A stretch of DNA of 64,000 bases from Eledone cirrhosa (Eukaryota), in NCBI GenBank assembly GCA_964016885.1, contig OZ024742.1:99758001-99822000 (forward strand), in the 5' to 3' direction. Within the stretch, counting starts at the first letter, position 1, and the number at the start of each line of letters is the position of its first letter. The notes beneath the pieces were generated by a model that was not told the DNA's origin, ran no database searches, and was given only the letters and a program-made list of their open reading frames with translations. Positions 13,006-26,469 of the stretch are shown here, piece by piece. A program made the translations under genes and the position numbers.

Positions 13006-15104
13006 CAGTGGCGGACTGCGTCTAAAAATATTGGTTGCCAGGAGATGAAGGGGACCCACCTTCATATAGAATGCTATCATTTAATTTTTATAATGAATAA
13101 ATAACATTTTAGAAAAATACATAAGTGGAAACAAAACAGTGCAATCAAATTTTTGCGGGAAAATATCTTACCTTCTCCAAAAAAAATATATTATGTATTT
13201 TGCGAAATCTAGAGACTTTCAATAATTGTTTCTACTTTTGGCACAAGGCCAGCAATTACCCAGTCCATTACTGGTACTTTGTTTTATCGACCCCGTAAGG
13301 ATGAAAGGCAAAGTTCACCTCGGCGGGATTTCAATAATGACCAGAAATCGACCCTAAATATTACTAATAGCTCTAACAAAGCCACGAATCACACCACATA
13401 TATAACTTTGTTTTAGAGGGTAGGTTTCTAATTATCAATTTTCATTATATTTTTGCAGCTTGTCTCGGTGCCCTAGTTGGGGGAATCATAGACGATGGTG
13501 ATACTGGTCTGAAGTTCGATCCTGGTCGGGAGTAGGGTTCCCAGTACACCTTTTCAGTTTTTTCTATGGGTTGTAAAATAAAAACTGAAAAAGGTTACAT
13601 GTAACTCTTGACCAGGATTGAACCCAAGGCTAGGATCTCCACTGTCACTAGTACCTGCGGCTACGCCACAGGGACAACTACGAAATTGTTTTGAAAATTC
13701 ATACCGTTGCACGGGGTAGGAAACGTGAAATAGCGACACGCACATGCAAAGATTGAGGAATGAATCTTTGTACTTTTTGAATTACTTATTCTCAGGGAAT
13801 GATTGTTAATCTAATCGAAACAGAACACCAGCAGGCCAAATCCAGTAGTAGCAGTGTCAGTGGGCTGATTGCGGAACTCCTGTATGCGAAAGGAGTATGT
13901 AAGTGTTGTGGGCAATGTATGTCGTAACTGTGTTCACAATTACGTCACGGATGGGGAACACACGTCAGTCTGAAGGAGCGACGTAGTCAATTGTGTGAAA
14001 ACCAAGTAGGGATATACGTTTAAGTAGGGATATTGAGATGACGAAATCAGCGGGGCAACGCAGCTGCTGCAGAAGGGGGTCATAGTGCAATTAGCACAAA
14101 CGCTGGGCGGCACTGGTTGGACTACATTTTCACAGCAACAAAGATGCGATAGAAGGGGTCACCGCGGAATTAGCACAACCGCTGTTCGGCGTACTTGCGC
14201 AGGGCGTTCATACTGCGTCAATACGGTGTCAATAACACGGCAGCGTGCACAAGGCCCGGATTTGCGCGTGAGGAAAGTACGAAGCGTTAACAGGGCGCCG
14301 ACAAAAATTTTAAGGTCCTCCTCATTTCCTCAATGCCCCCAAAATTGTCCTGCTTAAAAGTAAGTAAGTGTTTTGTCCTCTGTTAAATAAACCAAATTTT
14401 TAACGAAATATTATACGCTACTTACGATGTTTAAGTAGCATTTATATTGACAATGAGATTGGCATATAATGCACAATGCTAATTCATAAATTTCCTAGAA
14501 ACCATTAACGGAATCGGAAATGTTTTTCGTCCACAGCAATGCGAGAGGACTAACTAATGTGTGCTGCAAATTTCGAGGAAATCGGCTGGATTTTCTTTAA
14601 GTTACGCCTCAAAAAAGCCTACAAATGCCTTGAAAATGTGGGTTTTCGCCTAATGCGGACCCTACGGCAGAAAAGGAAATATAAGTAACGCATGTGTAAA
14701 GTTTGAAAAAAATCGGTCGTGTACTTCTCGAGTTTTAGGGATTTACACAGACAGACATTCTCTGTTTTATATAGAGAGATACATATGATTGTGTGTCTGT
14801 GTAAGTATGTTTGCATGCATGAATGAATACACTAAGCTTTAGATTTAATAGAATGTAAAACCACTGATTCCAGCTATTTGCACTATCGTATATTTTGGTT
14901 TCTAGTAATTCCCTGGGGAATTGGTTGACCAAATGCTTTGCTTAATTGTTTTATTTTATTTTTTTTTTTTTTAAAGCAAAGCATTGGCCACTAAAATACT
15001 ACTTGGGCCCCGCAATGCTATTGTCGGCTCTGGCAATGCTACCGTGGGCCCTCTGAGGCCCACTTGCCATTGGGAAAACTGGCAACATGGCCAGTTCGCC
15101 ACTG
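13006..15104. mobile_element. Non-autonomous DNA transposon with hAT-like TIRs and nested inserts
   Basis: TIRs CAGTGGCGGACTG ... CAGTTCGCCACTG, both flanked by TATATATA. It contains a SINE fragment (13224-13333) and a Helitron-like piece (~14500-14780). Confidence 0.65.
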
Positions 15105-15124
15105 TATATATATATATATATTCC

Positions 15125-15465
15125 ATCGCCTGACCCTGTAGCAGTTCTTTTCTCACTTGCACTCGCTGGGATCAGACCGATTTTTTCATCGTCTACACGC
15201 TTTAGAACTTACGTTCAGCACCGTTGTGAACTTGGATTTTCTTCCCTGGAGTTGGTCGCACATTCTCCGGTTTGTTGGTTTTTTCGCTGTTTTTCTCTTT
15301 TCTTCCCTTTTTTCCCTTTTCCTTTCTATTTTCCTTCCCTCTCTCCTCCATTTTCCCAATAACTTACCTAGTTATTGAACACGCTGTGGGTAGATATATT
15401 GTCTTTAAAGCTTCGAAATATCCGAAACCCCCAGTAGACAACTGATGAGGAAAACTCCCCCTCCC
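15125..15465 (+). mobile_element. Repeat family X (also 60072-60428; related to 43.6-44.6 kb and 30.4-30.7 kb)
   Basis: Colinear similarity with 60072-60428. Shared motif GTCTTTAAAGC..GAAAT..CTGATGA. It starts at a (TA)n tract. Confidence 0.75.
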
Positions 15466-16507
15466 CGTTCTTGCTTTCTTCATGATTTTAAGCCTAACTT
15501 CTTGTCCTCTCCCACGACTTCGCCCGGCTCTCATCCTTGTTCCCGTTCCCGCTGCAACACTTGTCCCTTCATTTCCACCCTCACCACTCTTACAGGCCCT
15601 AACGGGTTTTCCGTATCCGCCACTCTTTCACTTGCACATCCACCCACGTTGTCTATGCCCTCAGGTGTTCCCTTTGCGGGTCTTTATACATTGGACAAAC
15701 GGGACGCCGTATGGCGGACCGTTTCGCTGAGCATTTGAGGGACATCAGACTCGGTTTGGATGCTCCTATCGCCCGTCATTTATGTTTTCCTTGTCATTCT
15801 TCCCTACATGTTTCAGTCCTGGGTGTCCGTTTACATCATGGATTACAGGCCTCGCGCACCAGGACTCAACAAAGTCTGATTCACCGCCTTGGGTCCTATT
15901 CCCCTCTTGGACTCAACTCACCTCCCCAATTTCTCTAATACCCCGTCCATTATCACACCCTTAGATTCCTCTCGCTTTCTCTTGATCATTAACATCTTCT
16001 CTTACAACTAATACATGCCGATTATATATGCTTACTCCACTTTTCCCTTTACTGCTCTGTATACACACATACACACCCTTATATTGACATACTTTTGCTC
16101 AGAGCTTCGTACTTACATGCAGACATACACACTTTTACTCACATATACACACACATTTCTTTTCAGCTTCGTCCGGACATATAATAACACACACATACAC
16201 TGGTTTTTCCATTTCAGGTAGATGCGCTCCATCATCCAATTTTCTAAAAAACAAATCATACACAAAACGCCAGCACCAACAGTTTTGCAAGAGATGTCAA
16301 CATGAATGGACCTGTTATTTTTATCTAAAGACATTGTTTCCTATACCATCCCGCCCGTCCCCCCAATCTATTTTATTTGCCATTCTTTCTTCTGTTGAAG
16401 GACTAGCGTCCGAAACGTTAAGATCCTCTTCCTGCTATATCAAGCGTTAACCTAATATATCCCTTTCAAATACTGTACCGATTGTGTTGTTATTTCTGTT
16501 TACCTTT

Positions 16508-16512
<5 letters not shown>
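15466..16512 (+). mobile_element. Penelope-like element 3' fragment: Cys linker, GIY-YIG endonuclease (frameshifted) and pLTR
   Basis: CSRSRCNTCPF, VYALRCSLCGSLYIGQTGRRMADRFAEHLRDIR and PLGLN. An HHR-like motif lies at 16388-16423 and the element ends at (TA)n. Confidence 0.88.
16388..16423 (+). ncRNA. Minimal HHR with an A6>U change
   Basis: ucuu-CUGUUGA-A-GGAC uagc GUCC-GAAA-CG-UU^-aaga. Confidence 0.7.
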
Positions 16513-16545
<33 letters not shown>

Positions 16546-16616
16546 ATCAAAAGATGGTTAAAAGAGTTCCATGTATTTTATTATGCGCTTGTACTACAAT
16601 AAAACTCACCTCTTAC

Positions 16617-16735
<119 letters not shown>

Positions 16736-16913
16736 TGTGTGTATGTGTGTATATATATATATAACAATCTTGTCTGTGGTTTTGAACAGTTCATTTACGT
16801 AACAGGTTTTACGAAAGTATACGAATCAAAATCTGTTAAATTGAAGGTTCATTCTTTTTATAACGTATAACCATGCCAAACAAGACTATAACACACTCAC
16901 CACACACACACAC

Positions 16914-16969
<56 letters not shown>

Positions 16970-17121
16970 ATATATATATATAGTGTGTGTGTGTGTGTGT
17001 GAGTGTGTACCTGTGTGTGTTTGCCTCTCTATGTGTGTAGGTGTATAGTTAGTTAGCTTTTTAACCTAATATATCCCTTTCAAATACTGTACCGATTGTG
17101 TTGTTATTTCTGTTTACCTTT

Positions 17122-17190
<69 letters not shown>

Positions 17191-17347
17191 GTGTGTGTAG
17201 GTGTATAGTTAGTTAGCTTTTTCTTTTTGTTTTCAAAACAAAAATATCTCAGTACATTTCAATAAATGTTATATAATTGCCAAAACCAAATTACAACCTA
17301 AACGAATATTGTACTTAAACATAGTAACAAAACAATACAAGACTTAC

Positions 17348-17382
17348 GCCGTATTATTATAGACGCCAGGTACTAACCTGAT
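17348..17382 (-). CDS. Candidate 35-nt micro-exon (IRLVPGVYNNT)
   Basis: Acceptor tttattcacaAG, donor GTAAGTC, open frame. Confidence 0.25.
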
Positions 17383-18544
17383 CTTGTGAATAAACGACAC
17401 AAGATCAATGACGAAACAAATATTTATGAGCAATTAATGGCAAATGTATCTGGATTTGATTTCCTACTCACTCATTGCTATTTCATATATGCAGGTATAA
17501 ATTATAGGTGCATTTTGGGTGCATTAATGGAATTATTCTGAAACATTTCAGTCTTTGCATAATTATAGATTAAGTATTTGTGATTGAACTAAATTTAATA
17601 TTTTCAGTTATGTAGTGTAATACACATTACCCTGTCTTGATTTCTTGCGGATTTATGCAGATATTATTGTATGTGTGCGTAAATATATGTATACATATAA
17701 CCTATATACTTGCATCTATATATTTTTGAGTGAGTGTGTGGATGAGTGAATGTATGGGTATGTGTATGAGCAGATGTGTGGGTTTGTGGATGAAGGGATG
17801 TGAGGGTGTGTGGATGAGTGGATGTATTGGTGTGTGAATAATTAAATAAGTCAATTGCCTTAACTTGTCCATAACAAACATGCTATCCTGAACACAAGCA
17901 ATTACTAAGCACAGAATTTAATTCAACAACTAAACCGCACAAGAGTTGAATTAAAATTCAAACTCGTCATACAAAAGCATACCAAAACACTTCTAGCCAA
18001 ACAATAAACAACTTTCACCAACCAATTACTGGTATGAGGGCTACGAAACAATTTTGTTTTTCTTTCTTTGATGTCCATAAGTAAAGTAACAGTTACTGAG
18101 ATGTATTCTTCCATTACATCCCATCCTCACTTTCTCTCTGTTGCTTGACCATTCTCTCACCTAGTAGTTTATTTAAAAAAGAGTCTCAAGAGGGTGCCCA
18201 TACGTTTCTATCAGAATTTAAGGACTCATTTATCCATGGATCGATGGATATGCTTGTTATATATTTAGGTGATTTCGGTATATGAAAGAAAACAAAGTTA
18301 AATGATTTGTGGTGTTTCTAATAAAACAGATTGCTTTCAGGACGTTGTATTCAACTGAGAATTAATACAAATACATATACCTATGGGTCGTTGAGATCAT
18401 ATCACTTACCCTGTGTAATATAAGCATTAACACATAGATTGGTTATGTTTATGTGTGTATGTGATGTACGCATGTGAATGTGTGCTTTTATTTATATTGG
18501 TGTGTTCAGTGCAAACACACACATATACGTATTTATATGCATAC

Positions 18545-19088
<544 letters not shown>

Positions 19089-19591
19089 CCCAGTATCTAT
19101 GCACAATCTCCGCTATCTATGCCATCCCCATACAGTATAGTGTAATAGTATGTTAGGTTGTTACGCAGGCCATAGAATACATTATTTCCCAACGAATAAA
19201 TACATCTCATTACAATGAAGATAAACCTTATACGTCCTTAGGTAACTGATTATAGAAACATTAAGGTAAGCCACCGTGAAAAGCGCTCGTGTTTTTCCAT
19301 CTATACATATACGACTTTCTCTTAAATTCCTCTCATATGAATTCCAACAGTTGGTCTATTTGACGTGTCCAAAAACATTTTGGCAAAATTCTGGCGAAAT
19401 ATTCATCTAATTGAAACTAATCAACATATTGTTTCCTCAAATTAACCGAATCGTCTATTTTGACAGCAGGAGGAATTGGTAGGTGAGTGATAGTAACTGT
19501 TTAGGGTTGGTTAGACACCAACTTTCTTTTGTTTAAAGGTGGTTGAGGAGATGTAGAGGAGAAATTACTGGTGCCGTAAAAGGCAGCACTA

Positions 19592-19669
<78 letters not shown>

Positions 19670-19693
19670 TTATATATATTTATATATATTTAT

Positions 19694-19733
<40 letters not shown>

Positions 19734-19818
19734 GTGTATGTGTGTGTATGTCTGTGTTTGTATGTATGTGTATGGATGATTGTGTGTGTATGAATGTATG
19801 TGTGTGTATATATTTATA

Positions 19819-19861
<43 letters not shown>

Positions 19862-19863
<2 letters not shown>

Positions 19864-20195
19864 TCATCATCATCATCAGCATCATTTTACGTCCGCTTTT
19901 CCCTGCTTGCAAGGGTGGGACGGGAACTGATTCTGGCTTGATTTCTACAGCTGGATGCCCTTCCTAACACCAAGCTCATTTACAGTGAGTGCTGGGTGCT
20001 TTTTTGCCGTGGCACCTCCACGACCACTTTGCAGTGGAATGATAGGGGCCCTAGTCCTAACATCTCATTTCTACAGCTGAGTAAACTGGAGCAATGTGAA
20101 ATAAAGTGTCTTGCTCAAGGAAACAACACATCACCCGGTCTGAGAATTGAACTCACAACCTTTCGATTGCAAGGCCAATGCTCTAACCACTAAGT
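19862..20195 (-). mobile_element. SINE fragments (family B head plus a (GAT)n-tailed 3' end)
   Basis: Minus strand gives tRNA-like 'tagtggttagagc..gtgagttcaattc..tccttgagcaagacact' and the tail 'aaaagcggacgtaaaatgatgctgatgatg'. Confidence 0.7.
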
Positions 20196-20196
20196 C

Positions 20197-20257
<61 letters not shown>

Positions 20258-20521
20258 CATATATACATATTTATATATACACATATATATACATATGTAT
20301 ATGTATGTATGTATGACTGTGTAGTTGTATGTGTATGTATGTGTATGTATGTGTATGCATGTAAGTATGTGTATCAAAGTGAGATATTGCTATACAGCAC
20401 AGAACCCCGACACAGAAATATAGCAAGTATTATTTTAATTCTCTATACTGTAAACATAAGTTCAGCTCTGATGAAGACTCTAATTAAAATCGAGAACATG
20501 TCCCATCGGGTTGCTAAAATG

Positions 20522-20587
<66 letters not shown>

Positions 20588-21289
20588 CATACTCGCAATT
20601 TCTCGTTCCCCTCTCTCTTTCTCACCCTCTTCTAGTGTTCTCCTCTATTTAACTTGAGGTTTTAGTCATTCAATTTCCTTATAATCTTTACTCCCACCTT
20701 TATCTAACCGAAGACCGTGTCCCATGATGTTGCTGAAAACACACCCTATCTCAATCCATTCCCAACCACCTCATATCTCCCTATTTTCCTTCCTCCTATC
20801 CTTCCCTCATGTTTCACCTAACCGTATGCTATTTGAATGTGTTGACTTTTATATAATTGCATTTAAGACTTACCTTACAATGAGGTCTCATACCAGAATA
20901 TGAAAACATCAGAATAAGTGGAGTTAATCGACATAAGCAAACACATTTATTTGCAGAAAGACGAGATACAGTATATTTTATAAATATAATATATCAGGGA
21001 CTTCAATACTATCTTATCTACGTGTCATCCTGTGGTCCTCTTGCCCCTTCTCTTCTTTCTTCCACCTTCTCTCTCTCTTTTCACTCTCCCCCTCTCTTCG
21101 TCTTTCTCCTTCCGTCTCTCTCCTTACCTTTCCAGTCACTCGGAAGAGAAATTGTCACGTGTGTCTTATCTTTACATATGTCACATCCATAGTTAATGAC
21201 CTCAGGTCGTTGAACTCGAGATTTTGCTTCCAGGATAACCCCAAACCACATACATTTTTAGAGTCTACACTTAGAATTGCCATGTCGGC

Positions 21290-21850
21290 TGGTTAGTTAA
21301 GAGAAACAACACTTACTCTTCGAATGTTGTTGGAGATCGGGTGGTTCGACTTCCATATCTGGTGGGATTTCCTTTGGGAACCCCTTAAAAAGACAACAGG
21401 TGGCTTTTATATTAGGGGCTCCTTTGTTGTTGAGGAAGCTCTTCCCAATATCTTTGTAGATACCTGTTGATGGTGCGAATATCGCACCGTCATTAACTGC
21501 TATTTTAAAAGTTCTGGTGCTGAAAATCTCCTCTTCTCTCAATATCTTTAACTCGTGCTATAAGGACCATCAATTATTTGTTGACACTTCTTACTAGGAC
21601 GACGTTTTGTGTTAAGTGGGTTATTTGCCCATTCAATGGGAATGAGGACGTCTGCCTTCAACCATTACCTGCAAGTCCACTTCTCCTTGAAAGCGAATGA
21701 ACTCTGGGATCTTGTAGATATCATCTGGTTTGATGTGAAGTAGTATCTCCGTTCTAATCTCAGTATTTTCAAATTCTTTTCGCATCCAGGAATGTATTGC
21801 TTCCTTCTAGGACGATGCAGGCCAATATCCACCAGATATTCATTGCCTGT
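21290..21850 (-). pseudogene. Decayed L1/Tx1-like ORF1 fragment
   Basis: Hand translation gives ..EILLHIKPDDIYKIPEFIRFQGEVDLQVMVEGRRPH, which resembles the region before the ORF1 zinc knuckle. Confidence 0.45.
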
Positions 21851-22189
21851 GGGTGAATAGCACGAGTTTTCTAGGGGGAGGGGGGGCTGTCAGCGCCTGG
21901 GGGTAGAGGCACTGATAGTTACATCATCACATGATTTTTATACTTTTTTAAGTCTGGCCGCTTGAGTCAAACATATCTTTTTTACTATAATGCTCACGAC
22001 TCACAGCTTACTTGCTTTGGGAGCCGTTGCTGCAAATGTATATCGTCGATATTCATTGTTGTTGTTGTTGTTGTTGTTGTTATTGTTGATGTTGTTATTG
22101 TTGATGTTGTTATTGTTGTTTTTATTGTGTTGCCATTCGTGGTGTCGTTGTGGTCTGTATTAAGGTTATTTTTGTTCTCCACTAACCTT

Positions 22190-23230
22190 CTATAAACGCC
22201 AATGTGAAGTTTCCGCCGATCGCAGTTCCCGATTTTCTGGCTCTAGGAGAATGGTCCATATCACAGCATCTAGGCCTTTCCGAAACAACACAGCGTCTCC
22301 GCCACCAGATCCCAGACGGCTTGGAGAGGCGTGTACCTCGTAACCACCAAAAATGGGTGCGAAAGATTGTGCCTCGGAAATTTGGTCGCGCTGATGGCCA
22401 ATTACATCAATGTTCATTGATCTGAGGTCGTTGAGCAGGTGACCCTGATTCCCTGGTGACCCCAAGCCACGTGCATTTACGCTGCCTATTCTATTCTGAG
22501 TAAGGCCATGTTCAAAGAAGATTAGGAATAGGGGAGAAAGACCATTTCTCGCAGTCCTCCGGATCAAGGACGGTTCCTACGTTCTTCTCACTGGTTGTGG
22601 CCCTCTCCGCTAGTATGACTTGTATATCCTTATGGAAATGTTTTCATGCGAATTTCGAATGTCATTGGGGAATTTCCCTTTCAAAACTGTCTTTTGGGGG
22701 GTGCGTGTGAAGTGTGAATTTGGGGTTTTGTGTAGATTTTCTCTGTGATGCTGGTGCTGTGCTGGATGTAGTGTAATAAGTGTCTGTTGTTCATGTTTAA
22801 AGCCGTTTAGTGCTTAGCAGTTTTAACGTTTTGTTGTGTTTGCGTTTGTTGGTATTTGTTGTGGTGTTGGAGTTGGTAGGGCTGCGGTCGATTATGGTAT
22901 GGTATTGGCGTTTGTGTTGGAGGCGCTGCTGATGATGGTGTGGGTGGTGGTGGTGCTGCTGCTGCTGGTGCTAGTAGTGGTGGTGGTGGCGTTGTTGTTT
23001 TAACTTTTTTGCATGCTTCTTTGTTTCGCCATCTTTGTTTGAGGATGAAGGAAGATAGTTCATTCTTTTTTCCCTATTTTTCACGGTTTTTCACGTGACA
23101 GCTAGCTTAACTTTGAGGGCGACTTCCGTCGATATCTTTTGACAAAAAAAATACTTCAGGTATTTGGGCCGAAGGCCCATATATTAGGGGGTGTCCTCCA
23201 TAGAGAGCAATATGTTAACTTATCAATCAA
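22190..23230 (-). mobile_element. L1/Tx1-like fragment: N-terminus of the APE endonuclease and upstream low-complexity ORF1 remnant
   Basis: IGSVNARGL...DLRSMNIDVIGHQ...GGGDAVLFRKGL. Confidence 0.75.
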
Positions 23231-23337
23231 TTATCAATTGTTAACAACAAAAAATTTCCACTACTAGCAATTCAAAACAATTTAAAACAAGAAAGCTTTC
23301 GGGCCTCCCAATAACACGTTTTCACAAGTAAGTTACC

Positions 23338-23370
<33 letters not shown>

Positions 23371-25330
23371 AATAATTAAAATAATAATAGGATAAACACA
23401 GAGACTATTTTGAAAATGATCTATCAATATTTAAAAAATGTCTTTCTAATATAGATAGGGGCCTTCGCATTGTCACGGAGTGTATATATAATTTGTGTTA
23501 CTTCTTTTATTAACACTGGGAAAGGAGGTAAGCTAGAGTCAACACCCGTCGCAATTTGAACTCAAAACGCAAAATACCCCACTACTGACAATAAGCAAAT
23601 CGCTTTGTCTTGATTTAAACCAGATGAAGATGACATTGATAACATACGGCGTCTATGGGTAGCGAACGACGGGTAAAAGTCATTGTGAGTTGTGAGTTGG
23701 ATAGCTGCCAACGCTGAACAGATGCCAAACGGAAGTCGGACGGAAGTGACGGGCAGAAATCTATTAACACATTACGTAGAAATGGTGTTAAAAGGGTGGA
23801 GATCTGTCAGTTATTGAAAGACTTTTAAGATGGGCTACTCTTTATTTATTTATGTATTTACATTGAATGACCTATCAAAGACAGGTCAAAGGGGGAAAGA
23901 ATAGTTCTCGAGTTTGATGTACGTTAGATACAATAATGACGAAGACACTGGTCAACAACAAAAACAATAGCAACAAAAGCAACAGCAACAACAGCAACAG
24001 TAACAACAATAACAATGCAAACGGCAGCAAGAATAACAACAATGGCAACGACAATGATGACTACTAACATGGGCATTCGGCCACAAAGCTGTAAAAGAGA
24101 GAGAGAGAGTAAGAAAGAGAGATAGAAGCAAGCGAGTGTCGGATAGAAATATAGGCTATGAAATCGCTGCTACAAAGCTTTTCGTTCATATATATCGATC
24201 TTCAAACTTTCTTTTCATAGATATCGCCATTAGTGAAAAGGCTTAAAAACGTTCGTCAAGAGAAGATGGAGACTGAGTTTAGTATTATTTTTTAAGTGCA
24301 GAATTTAGCTCTACTCTTTTAAGTACAGCTACATTTACTAATTAACGTCACACAAATCTTATTTGCTGTTGAGGATGTGCTTTAGATTATTTATTAAAAA
24401 ACATATTTTTGTTTAAATGTCAGATCGGATCACCAACTATCTTTCCCTTTGACTTTCTATTGCTGACGTTCCCTATGAGTCACAATCTCGGCTTTCCCGT
24501 GACAGAAGTTGGGATTTCAACGCATAACACATAAAACTGGAAGAGATACAGCAATGCATCTCATCCAACTCTTTAACATTCCACTGTTCTTCGACTTGTA
24601 TATTATTGATCAATGATAAGCATTCCAGTTTTTAGATTAACCTGATTGTGAAAATAAGGTGTACGTGGCTGAACATTGTACCAATAATGTGATTGTCGGA
24701 GACATTCAGCGGGACATGGTATGTTACAAGGCTGTCCCTTTGAAGAAAAAATGCAGTCCATCCGATGAGCTTCCAGTCAAATTCTGTTTACCCACATTCA
24801 CTCACATGGCAATGTGTGACCCGAGAATAATGTGTGACCCGAGAATATGACAAAGGGCAAATGCCCAGTTTGCTCTTCAGTAAGATGAACCAGGGCTTAA
24901 TGTTTCCGAAGCAAACCCTTAATTATTTCAACATGCTGCGTCCACATATATATAGATTACACAATATGAACTGATTTCCAAACTTCACCATGTGCTTAAT
25001 ATTTGACATTTTTTATGTTTAAAACTGAAGAAAGACCAGATGGAATCCAGAATGTTATACTGATACAGGAAGCAAATGAAGGTGGGAGATGTGGTACTAG
25101 GTCGAATGAATGATGTAAGAAGACTATATCAAAACACACGTATATATATATATATATTTATTAAAATAACATATATGTATGTATTTACGTGTGCATAAAT
25201 GTATGTATGAATATATATATATATATATATATAAATGATACATACAATAGAATGGTTTTCCGTTGAAGGACGGAAAAAGATTATACTCAATACATCAAGC
25301 CTCGTTTGCTTCTATTCTGCTATAACAGTA

Positions 25331-26135
25331 TCATTTACTTCTAGTGCGTAGCACACATTTTAATGACTTAGTTCTACAACAAATTAACAAACAATATTTG
25401 AGGTCACGTGTTTCACCATAAGGATCCTTCAAATTATGTATGTTTATAGCGAGAACGAAAGTATTTATGAGATAGTGTTTGCCACACTTTTGTAGAGGGC
25501 ATGATTCCGGACTTCTACAAGTACTCCCGTGTAGGCGAGCACTAGTGGTGTTGGTTGTGATGTAGGCTTTCATATTTTTAGTACAGGAATATCCGTGTTT
25601 CACACTGCGTCTGTTAAAGATAGATCTGTATGTATGGCCTATACGGAAGTGCCTGTCCAGGAGTGCGAAGAATTTCTTACGTACATTAGTTCTAAGTCCA
25701 AGCGGAAAGAACGGGCCGAACCAAATACTTTTTTTAATCTCAATTTTCCATTCTACTGCTAGTGTCATTGGGAGAGAAATAAAAAATGAATGTTATCAGA
25801 GAATTTGCTGTTGGCTAACACGGCGTTATAATAAGTTGCTTCTTTGTCAATGAAAAGCTTGTTAGAAGAAAGATTTGAGATCCTAGTGCTGGTGTTATTG
25901 ACGAAGTTTTTAAAGAGCGTTGGCTAGTGACATGAGTCTTGTGTATATAAGTAAATTTTTCATAGAGTTTGTGGAAAGGTCTACGTTGATGACGAGTCAG
26001 ATTGATGGCTTCAGTAATCTTTAGTTCTAGCTCGGTAAACGTGGCTATATACATAAAATATATTTTCAATTCAACTATGTAATACTTGGACAGTAGTAGC
26101 ACGTTTTTATTAATTAGACAAAGCCGATGATTCAC
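25331..26135 (-). mobile_element. Decayed Penelope-like fragment (thumb/linker region, 'WFNPP'-type lineage)
   Basis: IWFGPFF..TNVRKKFFALLDRHF..IFNRRSVKHGYSCTKN..TCRSPESCPL. Confidence 0.7.
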
Positions 26136-26157
26136 AAAATGATTTCATTATTTCCGT

Positions 26158-26338
26158 TGGATTGGCAGTATCGGTAGAGGGTCGGACGCCATGCTTTGAC
26201 GCAAAGAGTTACGGCCTTTTCCATTATGAGTTCAAATCCCGCCGAGGTTAACTTTGCTTTTCATCCTTACGGGGTCGATAAAATAAAGTACCAGTAATAC
26301 ACTGGGTATTTGCTGGCCTTGTGCCAAAAGTAGAAACA
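26158..26338 (+). mobile_element. tRNA-derived SINE (family A) with 11-bp TSD
   Basis: A box TGGCAGTATCGG, B box GTTCAAATCC, TSD attatttccgt at 26147 and 26339. Confidence 0.9.
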
Positions 26339-26469
26339 ATTATTTCCGTGCAGTAATTAATTATGCAATTTCGAAAGTGAGTTAACCTCATACAGAAGAT
26401 AATAAAAATGCAGGAAATATCAGATATATAAATGTGTTTATATAAATATTTATTTGTTTCGTTTTTATT

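Noticed and set aside
24165-24212. Further HHR-like traces (24.2 kb, 4.37 kb, 16.8 kb, 44.8 kb)
   Set aside because: The core or stems are too degenerate to support a call.
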